IMG/VR virus record: IMGVR_UViG_3300045988_046206 | Span: 1-45,379 of that record | Source: a virus | Direction: 5' to 3' (one strand) | Length of the DNA stretch: 45,379 bases | Shown: positions 6,401 to 14,600 of the stretch, piece after piece | Layout of the letters: the number at the start of each line of letters is the position of its first letter | Position numbering within the stretch: position 1 is the first letter of the stretch | Program-made: the position numbers and the translations under genes | Notes under the pieces: model-generated | The model's input: only the letters and a program-made list of their open reading frames with translations | What the model was told of the DNA's origin: nothing | The model's database searches: none

Positions 6401-6628
6401 ATGTTTTTAAAACTGAAAATTTATTGCACTTGTAATTGCAACTATTACGTAAATGAACAAATTAACACGGAAAAGGTAATTTGTCCAAACTGTGGCAAAG
6501 AGCATCCGTCTTCATCGCAAATCATATCTATGCTTCATATGGCTAAGTGCATTAATGATGGCAATGTCCCTGGTGCGAATACAGTGAGGACATTTGCTGT
6601 ATCCAAGCGAGAAGATTCTGACTGTTAA
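6401..6628 (+). CDS. Small zinc-ribbon protein (75 aa), opposite strand to all neighbours
   Basis: Track ORF 6353..6628 trimmed to the ATG 8 nt after AAGGAGG. Cys pairs are CTCNC and CPNC. An extended -10-like TGCTACAAT lies at 6367-6375. Confidence 0.6.
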   Translation: MFLKLKIYCTCNCNYYVNEQINTEKVICPNCGKEHPSSSQIISMLHMAKCINDGNVPGANTVRTFAVSKREDSDC

Positions 6629-6640
6629 TAATGTTATTAC

Positions 6641-6678
6641 AAAGTGGAGAGGGGTTTTTATCCTCCCCACTTTTTTTA
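6641..6678 (+). terminator. Rho-independent terminator (strong on plus strand, weak on minus)
   Basis: GTGGAGAGG-loop-CCTCCCCAC (9 pairs, 1 mismatch) followed by T7 on the plus strand. Only TTTGT follows on the minus strand. Confidence 0.7.
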
Positions 6679-6704
6679 CTTAATTCGCTAAAGCCCCCAT
6701 TTAG

Positions 6705-8381
6705 TTAATTACACATTAACTCGGGTACATCAGCTAACGCTCTCATATATAAAGTTTTCGCCCCTAATTCTGTTGGATGCACCTTATCATCATTCAGCAT
6801 TCCATCATACCAACTTGCTCCGCTACTTTCGGCATTAACGCCCTTTGCGAAATCAATATATCTATAACCACTATTTCTAGCAATTTCATTTTTATATATG
6901 TGGTTTCGAATTGGCGTATTTGGAAATGTTGCAAGAATAAGTTCTATATTATTTTCTTCACATAATGTTTTAACTTTTTCGTAGTAGTCTGCCCATTGTT
7001 CGTTTACCGCATCTCCATCATTATCATTCATTCCCATGCACCAAATTATAGTTTTCGGATTACTATATTTTAGATTTTCGATAAGTGAAGTGTATGCTCC
7101 TGAAGATTTTCTGCCAGGAAAACCATCTAATAGGTTATTAGTGTACCCTGCTTTTAGCAGGTGTTTAGTCCATCTTGAGCTATCAATACAACTAAAATAA
7201 CTGTCTCCGTATAACTGAATATCTTTGAAAAATCCATCGCAACTCCATGATAGTATGCAATCATTAAACGCCCCATTTACTGATTCTACAAAAATATTTC
7301 CTTCATTTCCAAACCAATTCCAATCAGTATATTCGTATGATACACCTTGACTTTGAATAGTTATTTTTGGATTTCCATTTGCGTCAACGTCAATCTTAAT
7401 TTGTAAATCTTTTGTTATTGTTAATCCATGTTGTTTCGTTCTTAATAGCTTTGTCCCATAGTAGGTTCTTAATTCAGTATCAGTAACAACGATACTGTTT
7501 AAATTTTCTCCGTGTCCTATTTTAATTTCTCCCATTGCATCGAGATTACAAGCGAAAGATAAATGTTTCAATGTTAATATGTTAGGCACAAAAGTAGATA
7601 AGGTATTTCCAGTTGTCAAATTTCCACTAATTGAAATATTTTTAGATTTATTCGCATAGATTTTATCTTGTTTTTTAGAAATTGCATCGACTTTTTTATT
7701 TAGATTATTAAACCCTTTAGGCGTAATTGTGCTAACAGTTACAGTTCTCTTTACATAAAACTGTATATTATTTACAAACCGCATAAGGCAAGTTATGTAT
7801 AGATTATCTACGCCTGACGGAACGGTATAAAGTTCAGTATCACTTGAAATAGATGCAGAAGATACTCGATCTGTGCCATTGTAAGCATCAATGAATCTCA
7901 TTACTTGATGCGCGGAATCAATTATTGCAGTGATAATGTCACCTTCTTGCAAATTATCTAAATGGACATAGAAATAATCTGTGTTTGTATTTGGTTTGCC
8001 ATTCCAATAATAATAATTGATAGTTTTAATAACATTTTGCTCAATGTTATGTGTTTCTGTTTTCGTTTCTGCATCTGTGATAGCACTTAAATCTTCCTTT
8101 AGCGAACCAGTTTCCTCTTTCAGTGAAGCAACGTCTGTCTTGTTCTGCTCGATCTGCTGTGCCTGTTCTGTGGTGGCACCGGGCTTGACCGGGTTCTTTT
8201 CAAGGTACTCATTTACTGCATTCTTGATTTCTTCCGGTGAAATCTCACCGCCTATTCCTTTTAAACATAATTCGTATAAATACTTCTCTTTTCTCGTGAT
8301 TGGTTTCGGGAGTTCGCCCTTGTAATCACCTGTCAAGTACGCGAGATACTTTTCTTCCCTTGTTACTGGTTTATCTGCCAT
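6705..8381 (-). CDS. Fibre-like structural protein with C-terminal SGNH/GDSL hydrolase (esterase) domain
   Basis: 558 aa. N-terminal paired motif TREEKYLAYLTG / TRKEKYLYELC is common in Firmicutes phage fibres. C-terminal blocks are YGDSYFS, MGMNDN and DKVHPT (SGNH blocks I, III and V). Confidence 0.7.
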   Translation of the reverse strand: MADKPVTREEKYLAYLTGDYKGELPKPITRKEKYLYELCLKGIGGEISPEEIKNAVNEYLEKNPVKPGATTEQAQQIEQNKTDVASLKEETGSLKEDLSAITDAETKTETHNIEQNVIKTINYYYWNGKPNTNTDYFYVHLDNLQEGDIITAIIDSAHQVMRFIDAYNGTDRVSSASISSDTELYTVPSGVDNLYITCLMRFVNNIQFYVKRTVTVSTITPKGFNNLNKKVDAISKKQDKIYANKSKNISISGNLTTGNTLSTFVPNILTLKHLSFACNLDAMGEIKIGHGENLNSIVVTDTELRTYYGTKLLRTKQHGLTITKDLQIKIDVDANGNPKITIQSQGVSYEYTDWNWFGNEGNIFVESVNGAFNDCILSWSCDGFFKDIQLYGDSYFSCIDSSRWTKHLLKAGYTNNLLDGFPGRKSSGAYTSLIENLKYSNPKTIIWCMGMNDNDGDAVNEQWADYYEKVKTLCEENNIELILATFPNTPIRNHIYKNEIARNSGYRYIDFAKGVNAESSGASWYDGMLNDDKVHPTELGAKTLYMRALADVPELMCN

Positions 8382-8385
8382 CTTT

Positions 8386-9831
8386 TTACTCCTCTCCGAA
8401 TAGTTTTGGTTCGTCTGGTTGAGCTTCTTTGACCATTGCTTTCGCTTCTTCCTCAGTCATTCCTTCAAATTTCACGAAATACAACCATGCCGGAACCTTG
8501 CCAGTGGTCACATACTGCCACCATCTTGCACGGTCGTTTTCTCGCACATACAGGATGTCTCCAAAATCATAATTGACTTCATAAGCTCCGACAGGTGCAA
8601 GCCCATACAGGTCAGCGTAAACGTTCAGTGCGTAGATAACATCATCAAGGCAACTTTCCAGTTTGTCTCGAACATCTTTAATGAACTGCACCGTCCTCTG
8701 CTGTTCTGCTTCTACTCCTGTAGCCGTCTGAATGCCGCTAGATTCGTTAAAAACAAAGTATCCGTTAGAGAATCCAATCTTATATCCTAACTGGCTTAAA
8801 AGGGCATTTATGCCGCTTATACGAGTATCTGTGTTGAGTTGTGGATTGATTTCTTGGTAAAACTCTTTCTCATCCTGTCCGAATACATTTTTCACATAAT
8901 CCGGCAAGCTCATTTCTTTGCATCTGTGCTCCATGGCCTGCGGTGTCATGGCGGATACTGGTGATCCGCTCGGCATCAGCAGTCGGTCATCTGCCAGAAC
9001 GGTTTTCTTAGAATCAAGGATTTCTTTTGCATTACGGCTGTATGCAATGTCCAGATCTTTCAACTCTTCGATAGCTTCTGCAAATATCGGAAGCCCAAGC
9101 GGTGTGCTAATGTCTACATTATTCGCTTGTGGTGTCCGCAACACTCCGTACAGAGGTCCATCCAGCTTCTCACCGTTTGCCTTGAGAATTGGTGGCGTGT
9201 CTTCCATGAGGTCAGCCCATTTGGTCTGTTTAAGGTCAATCTTATCTCCGATGCTCTGAGGAGATTTTGATACGTAGGCTCTGTTGGAAACGTAGTATGG
9301 ATAAGTTATCACTCCATCTATTGTAGTCTCAACAAACCTATGATATTCAAGCCTTGTATAGTATTTCCTTCCGACAGTATAAGAATCCTTAAATATAATC
9401 CCTTTGATCTCCTGGTTGTCATAGTCTACAATCATCACGTCTGCCGGAGTAAATACGTCAAGGCTCTCCCCATTCGGCTTGATGAAAACCGTTCCGTAAG
9501 CACAACTATATTCTACCCAGTGGCGTATCTGGAAATATACCTTGTCAATCTGTTCCTGCAACCATGTAGCCCTTGCGGAGCCATCTATCTGAATGCCAAT
9601 CGCCAATGTTGTGAGCCGGGCTGTTTCTGAGCAGACAGATTTGGCAAAATTAATTGTCTTGATATTATTCTTATCATCTAACCATTCCGGCGCGCCTCTG
9701 TAGATGTTCGCACACCGATTAATCAGTGATTCCATCTCCGGAAATTCTGCTGCCTGGATATTAAAATCCTCTTCGGCTTGTTTTTTAAAAATCATGTTAA
9801 ACCACCTTTTTAGTGTTGTTATAAGTCCCAT
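8386..9831 (-). CDS. Portal protein (SPP1 gp6-like)
   Basis: 481 aa, immediately downstream of the terminase (TAATG overlap). Size and sequence style match SPP1-family portals. An alternative start at 9795 has a good AAGGTGG RBS. Confidence 0.8.
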   Translation of the reverse strand: MGLITTLKRWFNMIFKKQAEEDFNIQAAEFPEMESLINRCANIYRGAPEWLDDKNNIKTINFAKSVCSETARLTTLAIGIQIDGSARATWLQEQIDKVYFQIRHWVEYSCAYGTVFIKPNGESLDVFTPADVMIVDYDNQEIKGIIFKDSYTVGRKYYTRLEYHRFVETTIDGVITYPYYVSNRAYVSKSPQSIGDKIDLKQTKWADLMEDTPPILKANGEKLDGPLYGVLRTPQANNVDISTPLGLPIFAEAIEELKDLDIAYSRNAKEILDSKKTVLADDRLLMPSGSPVSAMTPQAMEHRCKEMSLPDYVKNVFGQDEKEFYQEINPQLNTDTRISGINALLSQLGYKIGFSNGYFVFNESSGIQTATGVEAEQQRTVQFIKDVRDKLESCLDDVIYALNVYADLYGLAPVGAYEVNYDFGDILYVRENDRARWWQYVTTGKVPAWLYFVKFEGMTEEEAKAMVKEAQPDEPKLFGEE

Positions 9832-11468
9832 TATGCACTGTTACCTCGTCTTCTCCACAATGATTCTGAGCCATACCGGACGGAATCTATCATATGATTA
9901 TCCTTGTCTGGATATCCACTACAGATATTTCCGTCTTTGTCGCGTTCGTATTCGTATTTCTTAAACTCTTTGCAAGCATTTGGCGTTCTTTTTGGATCAA
10001 ACACAAGTTTTCTTCGTTGCAGCCACTTCATGGAATACTCAATACTTCCCGGTCCTTTGATTGCTCCCCTTGCTGGGAGTCCTGAATCTCTGTAATCATT
10101 GATTGATTTAGGCTCGGCAGAATCGCAAGTAATTTCGTAATCATCATACTGCCTTCGCTTGATTTCATTCGCAGTCCATTCATTTGATTTTTTGTTTTCG
10201 TAAATCTCGTCAATGAAATAGATTGTTTCTCTAGCTGAATCATAATAGATTCTGGAGAAAGCATATTTGTCCGGATACCAGCCCCAGTCAACCCCCTGAT
10301 AAATTCTATCAAAATGGCTGATCTCTTCGTCTGTGATAGTTCTTTCTTCGATATATTCAAAGATATTTCCACCATTTCCGTTGGCGTGTCCAAGGTACTC
10401 ATTTTCGTAAGCATCTGGATTTACTTCTTTTAGATGTTCGGCATCTGTGAGAAATACGTCGCCAAGCCACTCCTGTTCAATCCCTAAATCAAGGTATGTG
10501 CTATGCACAACCATTACATTTTTATCTTTTTCTTCTGCTTCTGCCGTGTACTCATTTGCCCAGTTGTTTTTACTCCTAGGCGGGTTGAACGACTTGAATT
10601 TATACGCTTCGTTTCCCCCTCGAATAGCAGACTGCTGGATATTTCGGATTTCTTCTGGATTAGAAAACTGGTCTAACTCCTCGAACCAGACAATACCTAT
10701 ATATCCAAACTCCGGCTTGATAGACTTAATCTTTAATGGATCGTCAGCACCACGAAAGTAAATCTTTTGTCCGGTGGGCTTATACGTAATCTCCATCGGA
10801 GATACTTTGCATACAAATTCCTCATTTAGATCTAATTTATCAATAGCCCATTTCATCTGAGCATAAACAGAATCTTTGATAGTGTTTCCAACTTTTCGCA
10901 GAATCAGAGCGTGCATGTTCGGATTATTCTTCAGCAGTTCCGGTATGATTAGCGATATGGTCGAGGACTTCATGGAACCACGTCCGCCAGGGAGAATGTA
11001 TTCGCTATGTTTCTTTGCCCGGATATCCCTAATCATTTTATGAAATACATCCGGTACAATATTCAGGTCAATATGGTATTCACCTTGTAATCTGGCTTTT
11101 TCTTCTGCTTTCCGCTGCTCTTCTCTGGCTTCTTTTATAGTAAGCGTTTTTTCCAGATCATTCATGGATTTCAGCTGATCGGAGAAGTCCGGAGTGAACC
11201 CGAATGAATCAGTCAGCTCACCTCTTGCGATCATAGAACGGCGTTGCTGAATTTCTGCCAGTGACATGATGTCAGTGCCTTTTTGCTTTTCGATGAGGGA
11301 CTGTTTTTCGGCTATATATGCAGAAATACAACCTTTTTCCAACAGTTTTTTTGTCGCGTTTCTAACGATTCCATTAGAGTATCCAGCTTTCCTTGCGGCG
11401 TCAGATGCATTCCCGCCATTCTTTATATATTCAAGTGCAAACGCTTCCTGTTTAGGCGTTAAGTTCAT
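9831..11468 (-). CDS. terL: Terminase: TerS-like N-terminal HTH domain fused to the large subunit (PBSX/XtmB-type ATPase-nuclease)
   Basis: 545 aa. Residues 1-~60 (MNLTPKQEAFALEYIKNGGNASDAARKAGYS) match the Terminase_2 small-subunit motif. These are followed by Walker A-like GGRGSMKS, Walker B VWFEELD, and nuclease motifs GVDWGW, DSAEP and HMIDSVRY. Confidence 0.85.
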   Translation of the reverse strand: MNLTPKQEAFALEYIKNGGNASDAARKAGYSNGIVRNATKKLLEKGCISAYIAEKQSLIEKQKGTDIMSLAEIQQRRSMIARGELTDSFGFTPDFSDQLKSMNDLEKTLTIKEAREEQRKAEEKARLQGEYHIDLNIVPDVFHKMIRDIRAKKHSEYILPGGRGSMKSSTISLIIPELLKNNPNMHALILRKVGNTIKDSVYAQMKWAIDKLDLNEEFVCKVSPMEITYKPTGQKIYFRGADDPLKIKSIKPEFGYIGIVWFEELDQFSNPEEIRNIQQSAIRGGNEAYKFKSFNPPRSKNNWANEYTAEAEEKDKNVMVVHSTYLDLGIEQEWLGDVFLTDAEHLKEVNPDAYENEYLGHANGNGGNIFEYIEERTITDEEISHFDRIYQGVDWGWYPDKYAFSRIYYDSARETIYFIDEIYENKKSNEWTANEIKRRQYDDYEITCDSAEPKSINDYRDSGLPARGAIKGPGSIEYSMKWLQRRKLVFDPKRTPNACKEFKKYEYERDKDGNICSGYPDKDNHMIDSVRYGSESLWRRRGNSA

Positions 11469-11488
11469 CTAATCACCTCTGTCCATCC

Positions 11489-11746
11489 TCATTTTCTGAC
11501 TGCCTCCCATATCTCTTTTAGGCACATGACTACATCATACTGAGATGCAGTTCTTAATATTTCATAATCGCAATCTTTCCATTCACCATGTTTTGTCGGT
11601 CTGAATACCGGCGTTGATATGATTGTTACTGTAATCAATCGTTCCTGCTCATGGCTGTAGAATTGTGATGTTCCAATTTTTATGATTAATCCGGTGGATA
11701 ATATAGCTTTTTGAAGTTTTCTTGTAACTGCTTTTAAGTTTGCCAT
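11489..11746 (-). CDS. Hypothetical protein (85 aa), first gene upstream of the terminase
   Basis: RBS is GGAGGTGA. No motif recognised. Confidence 0.65.
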   Translation of the reverse strand: MANLKAVTRKLQKAILSTGLIIKIGTSQFYSHEQERLITVTIISTPVFRPTKHGEWKDCDYEILRTASQYDVVMCLKEIWEAVRK

Positions 11747-11796
11747 ATCATCACCTCCAACTGGCTATAAAATCCCATAGTAACACTTCTGAGTAT

Positions 11797-11836
11797 ATTT
11801 TATCACAGGTCAGTAGAAAAGTTGTGGTACATGTTT
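11797..11836 (-). promoter_or_regulatory. Conserved 20-bp element copy 3 (minus: AAACATGTACCACAACTTTT) plus TGATAAAAT 18 nt after ACCAC; candidate late promoter
   Basis: Core 11817-11836 is identical to 1401-1420. The extended -10-like element is at 11797-11805, ~50 nt upstream of the ATG at 11746. Confidence 0.6.
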
Positions 11837-11870
11837 GAGAAAAAATAATGGAAAATATTATATAAAAGCG

Positions 11871-11899
11871 TTGACACACCACCAAATTGGTGGTATTAT
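11871..11899 (+). promoter_or_regulatory. Consensus sigma70 promoter TTGACA-17 nt-TATTAT with a 17-bp palindrome ACCACCAA-A-TTGGTGGT filling the spacer
   Basis: Read directly. The palindrome is at 11878-11894. Lies 30 nt upstream of the ATG at 11930. Confidence 0.75.
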
Positions 11900-11929
11900 A
11901 TAATCATCAAAGGAACGGAGGAAAGTAAA

Positions 11930-12277
11930 ATGAAAAAATACAACTTATCAAACATTATGAAAAGAGCATGGGAACTGGTTAAAAAAGCCGGAATGACAAT
12001 TTCCTCCGGACTTAAAAAAGCATGGGAGGAGGCAAAAACAATAGAAAAGAAGATCTTTGAAGGACGCATGGAAATGACAGTTCCAGAGGCAGACAATAAT
12101 ACTGTAAGTGTTAGATTGTGGAAGAAAGGATCCTACAAAAGAATCTACTTCAACGACTACAAAAACAGAGCTGTTGGCTATATCGACTGTGTATCCCGCA
12201 CAGCACATTACATGGACGGATACGCTAGAATGTATGCACCGGCCATTGACAGATTTATGGAAGAATATGAGTTTTAA
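11930..12277 (+). CDS. Hypothetical protein (115 aa)
   Basis: RBS is GGAGGAAAG. The N-terminus has a repeated K(R/K)AWE motif (IMKRAWELVKKAG, LKKAWEEAK). Confidence 0.7.
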   Translation: MKKYNLSNIMKRAWELVKKAGMTISSGLKKAWEEAKTIEKKIFEGRMEMTVPEADNNTVSVRLWKKGSYKRIYFNDYKNRAVGYIDCVSRTAHYMDGYARMYAPAIDRFMEEYEF

Positions 12278-12295
12278 TTTAAGGAGGAAATAAAG

Positions 12296-12865
12296 ATGGA
12301 AAAATGGACAATTCGTATTGACGATTCTAAGATGTCAATGTTAAGAAACTATGGGAGTTGCTACAAGCACGGTGGAGGAGCTGGAGGATATTTTGATTTC
12401 TTCGGGGATTCCTTGCAAGAGGCTGCCGATAGTCTTATACATGTATTAGTTGATGCATTCTCTGATGACAGCGTTACCATATTGGAGTATCCGGAACATG
12501 CAATTATCGAAGAGAGAATACATGAATATGCGAACTGTGCAGAGAAACATATTACTCTCATCTTTCCGTGCAAGTGCCGGAAATATAAAACTGGTATTGG
12601 TGATATCAATTTCAACAACGATATCCGTATTATTCTTCAGGAGCAAAAGATGCAGGTTGCCGAAATGCGTGCATTATTAGATGAATCACGCGTGGCGTTT
12701 TCTAAGCAGTACAATATCCCCGTAAGAACGCTTGAAAACTGGGAGTCCGGAAAGAGTCAATGTCCTGAATATGTAAGGCAACTTCTTGAGAGAGCTGTTA
12801 GGGAGGACGCAAAAGTTAAAAATGATGAATCAGACACCAACGCAGAAGATACTGGAAGCTTATGA
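12296..12865 (+). CDS. Hypothetical protein with C-terminal XRE/antitoxin-type HTH
   Basis: 189 aa. RBS is AAGGAGGA. The C-terminus FSKQYNIPVRTLENWESGKSQCPEYVRQLLERAV matches the TL.NWE.G.r.P pattern of MqsA/HigA-like HTH domains. Confidence 0.65.
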   Translation: MEKWTIRIDDSKMSMLRNYGSCYKHGGGAGGYFDFFGDSLQEAADSLIHVLVDAFSDDSVTILEYPEHAIIEERIHEYANCAEKHITLIFPCKCRKYKTGIGDINFNNDIRIILQEQKMQVAEMRALLDESRVAFSKQYNIPVRTLENWESGKSQCPEYVRQLLERAVREDAKVKNDESDTNAEDTGSL

Positions 12866-13148
12866 AGAAAGTCAAACTCTGACTGGTATTCACAAGATCA
12901 CTGGATACAACTGGCAAAGGATAGCAAAAACGCTTTCTACAGAAGGTATCGTAGTTAATGAAACACAGGCACTTATTATAGACCTGCATTATCGTGGAAA
13001 AAGTGCCGGCGAAATCTCAGCCATTACAGGCTTTGCCATGAGTACGGTTATGGCATATCTTCCAAGAGTACGACCAGCATATATGGAAAATCGATCAAAA
13101 AATGCAATGAGAATTGAAAAATATAGACGCAAAAAGGAGAGCCGGTAA
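12822..13148 (+). CDS. Hypothetical HTH protein (108 aa)
   Basis: Track ORF 12786..13148 (TTG start) trimmed to the ATG at 12822. Two HTH-like stretches (ITGYNWQRIAKTL, SAGEISAITGFAMSTVMAYL). Overlaps the upstream gene by 44 nt. The RBS is distant. Confidence 0.5.
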   Translation: MMNQTPTQKILEAYEESQTLTGIHKITGYNWQRIAKTLSTEGIVVNETQALIIDLHYRGKSAGEISAITGFAMSTVMAYLPRVRPAYMENRSKNAMRIEKYRRKKESR

Positions 13149-13170
13149 ATACCGACTCTCTAATTTTATT
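13136..13170. terminator. Bidirectional terminator between convergent genes
   Basis: GGAGAGCCGG-TAAATA-CCGACTCTC hairpin (one mismatch), flanked by A5 upstream and a T-rich run downstream. Confidence 0.5.
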
Positions 13171-13375
13171 CATTGCTTTGTAATTTCCTGATCGTCTCGC
13201 CCTGATCTCCTGGACACCCCATGAAGCACTCCGGGCAATGTTCGTAAAATGTGCATCTGATGCAGTCATGTGGACTGATTGATTTGCAATATTGATGTAG
13301 TACTGCGAATGCTGATATGGCGAGCTGCGGGGTTATTTCTGGTGTAATATCATATCTTTCTGTTAATCTCTCCAT
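13166..13375 (-). CDS. Hypothetical Cys-rich protein (69 aa)
   Basis: RBS is GAGGTGA. Cys pattern HDCIRCTFYEHCPECFMGC. Confidence 0.6.
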   Translation of the reverse strand: MERLTERYDITPEITPQLAISAFAVLHQYCKSISPHDCIRCTFYEHCPECFMGCPGDQGETIRKLQSNE

Positions 13376-13738
13376 CTACTTCACCTCTTCCATCTGACTT
13401 TCTACAATATTTGCGAGTAATTCCAAGGACTTAATAAATGAGTCCGTCAATGCTGCTGTGTCTGGGCATTTAGCAAATGCTCTGACAAGTTTTACTGCAT
13501 CCGTGATTTCTTCTCCATCTTCGATAATTTCAGATGCTTCATGCAATGTCTTTTCAGCACAGCTGTAAGTAACGATCTTGCTGTCATTAAAATTCAATAT
13601 GTTTGGAAATGGAATTTCGATAGGGTCTAAATGGTTTTCTCTCGCCCATGTGAACCCCTGAAACTTTGCTATTTTCAGAACACTCAAATATTCTTCCTGT
13701 GTCTTTACGAACACGCTTTTTCCTGTTAAATTAATCAT
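13376..13738 (-). CDS. Hypothetical protein (120 aa)
   Basis: RBS is GAGGTGA. No motif recognised. Confidence 0.65.
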   Translation of the reverse strand: MINLTGKSVFVKTQEEYLSVLKIAKFQGFTWARENHLDPIEIPFPNILNFNDSKIVTYSCAEKTLHEASEIIEDGEEITDAVKLVRAFAKCPDTAALTDSFIKSLELLANIVESQMEEVK

Positions 13739-13749
13739 CTAACTTCACC

Positions 13750-13920
13750 TCACAAAAATATATTCTTTTCTTCGCGCTTTTTCGCGCATTCTTCGCAAAT
13801 AAAGATCGCTTTCGGATACCTAAAACGGCTATCATTAAGTATCGGATAATACGGTTCATACGCTGTGGTTTTCCATTTGCCACAAATATTGCACTTTTTC
13901 ACAGTTTCGTTTATATTCAT
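13750..13920 (-). CDS. Small zinc-ribbon protein (56 aa), below the ORF-track cutoff
   Basis: Hand translation: MNINETVKKCNICGKWKTTAYEPYYPILNDSRFRYPKAIFICEECAKKREEKNIFL (CxxC...CxxC). It fills an otherwise empty 190-nt gap. Confidence 0.5.
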   Translation of the reverse strand: MNINETVKKCNICGKWKTTAYEPYYPILNDSRFRYPKAIFICEECAKKREEKNIFL

Positions 13921-13929
13921 TGCCATACA

Positions 13930-14196
13930 TCATTCACTTCCTGTAATCTCATCAATACAATCGTTCCAACCATCACGGTAATCATCGTTTGCATATTTGC
14001 AACTATCTTCATAAGTGAGTTTTTCTGGCAGCAAAGTTAGATAGCACCATTCCGGTATATTTTTCATTCCAATATCGTTTAGTGTGTGGCTCAATTTGCA
14101 AAGAATAAATTCTCCTGCTGGAACTTTTTTCTTTTCTCCAAATCTACATGAATCACAATTTTCTGGCGTTTTCATCACTAATACTGATTTACTCAT
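13930..14196 (-). CDS. Hypothetical protein (88 aa)
   Basis: RBS is AGGAGG. ATGA-type overlap with the upstream gene. Confidence 0.65.
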   Translation of the reverse strand: MSKSVLVMKTPENCDSCRFGEKKKVPAGEFILCKLSHTLNDIGMKNIPEWCYLTLLPEKLTYEDSCKYANDDYRDGWNDCIDEITGSE

Positions 14197-14600
14197 TCCA
14201 GCACCTCCTGTAATAAATTTCGATCGTCAACCGCATTTCCAATAACGACTACTTTCTTCGCCCAATACGAGAAATCTTTTCGATAATTGGTTTCTTCTGG
14301 AAAATCTACATAAAATCCTAAATTTCCATTACCGTATTCTCCAAACTTAACAACAGCCGCAACTGCGCCATACTGGATGATGTCATTCTCCCAGATTCTC
14401 TTACCATTCTTATCAGTCAGTCCCGTGAACTGGCAGAGGGTTTCTATATCAATTATATCGGTATATACTGTAAACCGATCTGAATCCTTCCGATAAAAAA
14501 TAATGTCCTTCCCACTTCTGTGATATTGATCTCTTAGGTAATATCCCTCAACCCATTCACCATTATCAATCCGCTTTCCCTTGAAAAGAATTTCTCTCAT
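14193..14600 (-). CDS. YopX family protein
   Basis: MREILFKGKRIDNGEWVEGYY...QFTGLTDKNGKRIWENDII matches the YopX signature. Confidence 0.8.
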   Translation of the reverse strand: MREILFKGKRIDNGEWVEGYYLRDQYHRSGKDIIFYRKDSDRFTVYTDIIDIETLCQFTGLTDKNGKRIWENDIIQYGAVAAVVKFGEYGNGNLGFYVDFPEETNYRKDFSYWAKKVVVIGNAVDDRNLLQEVLE

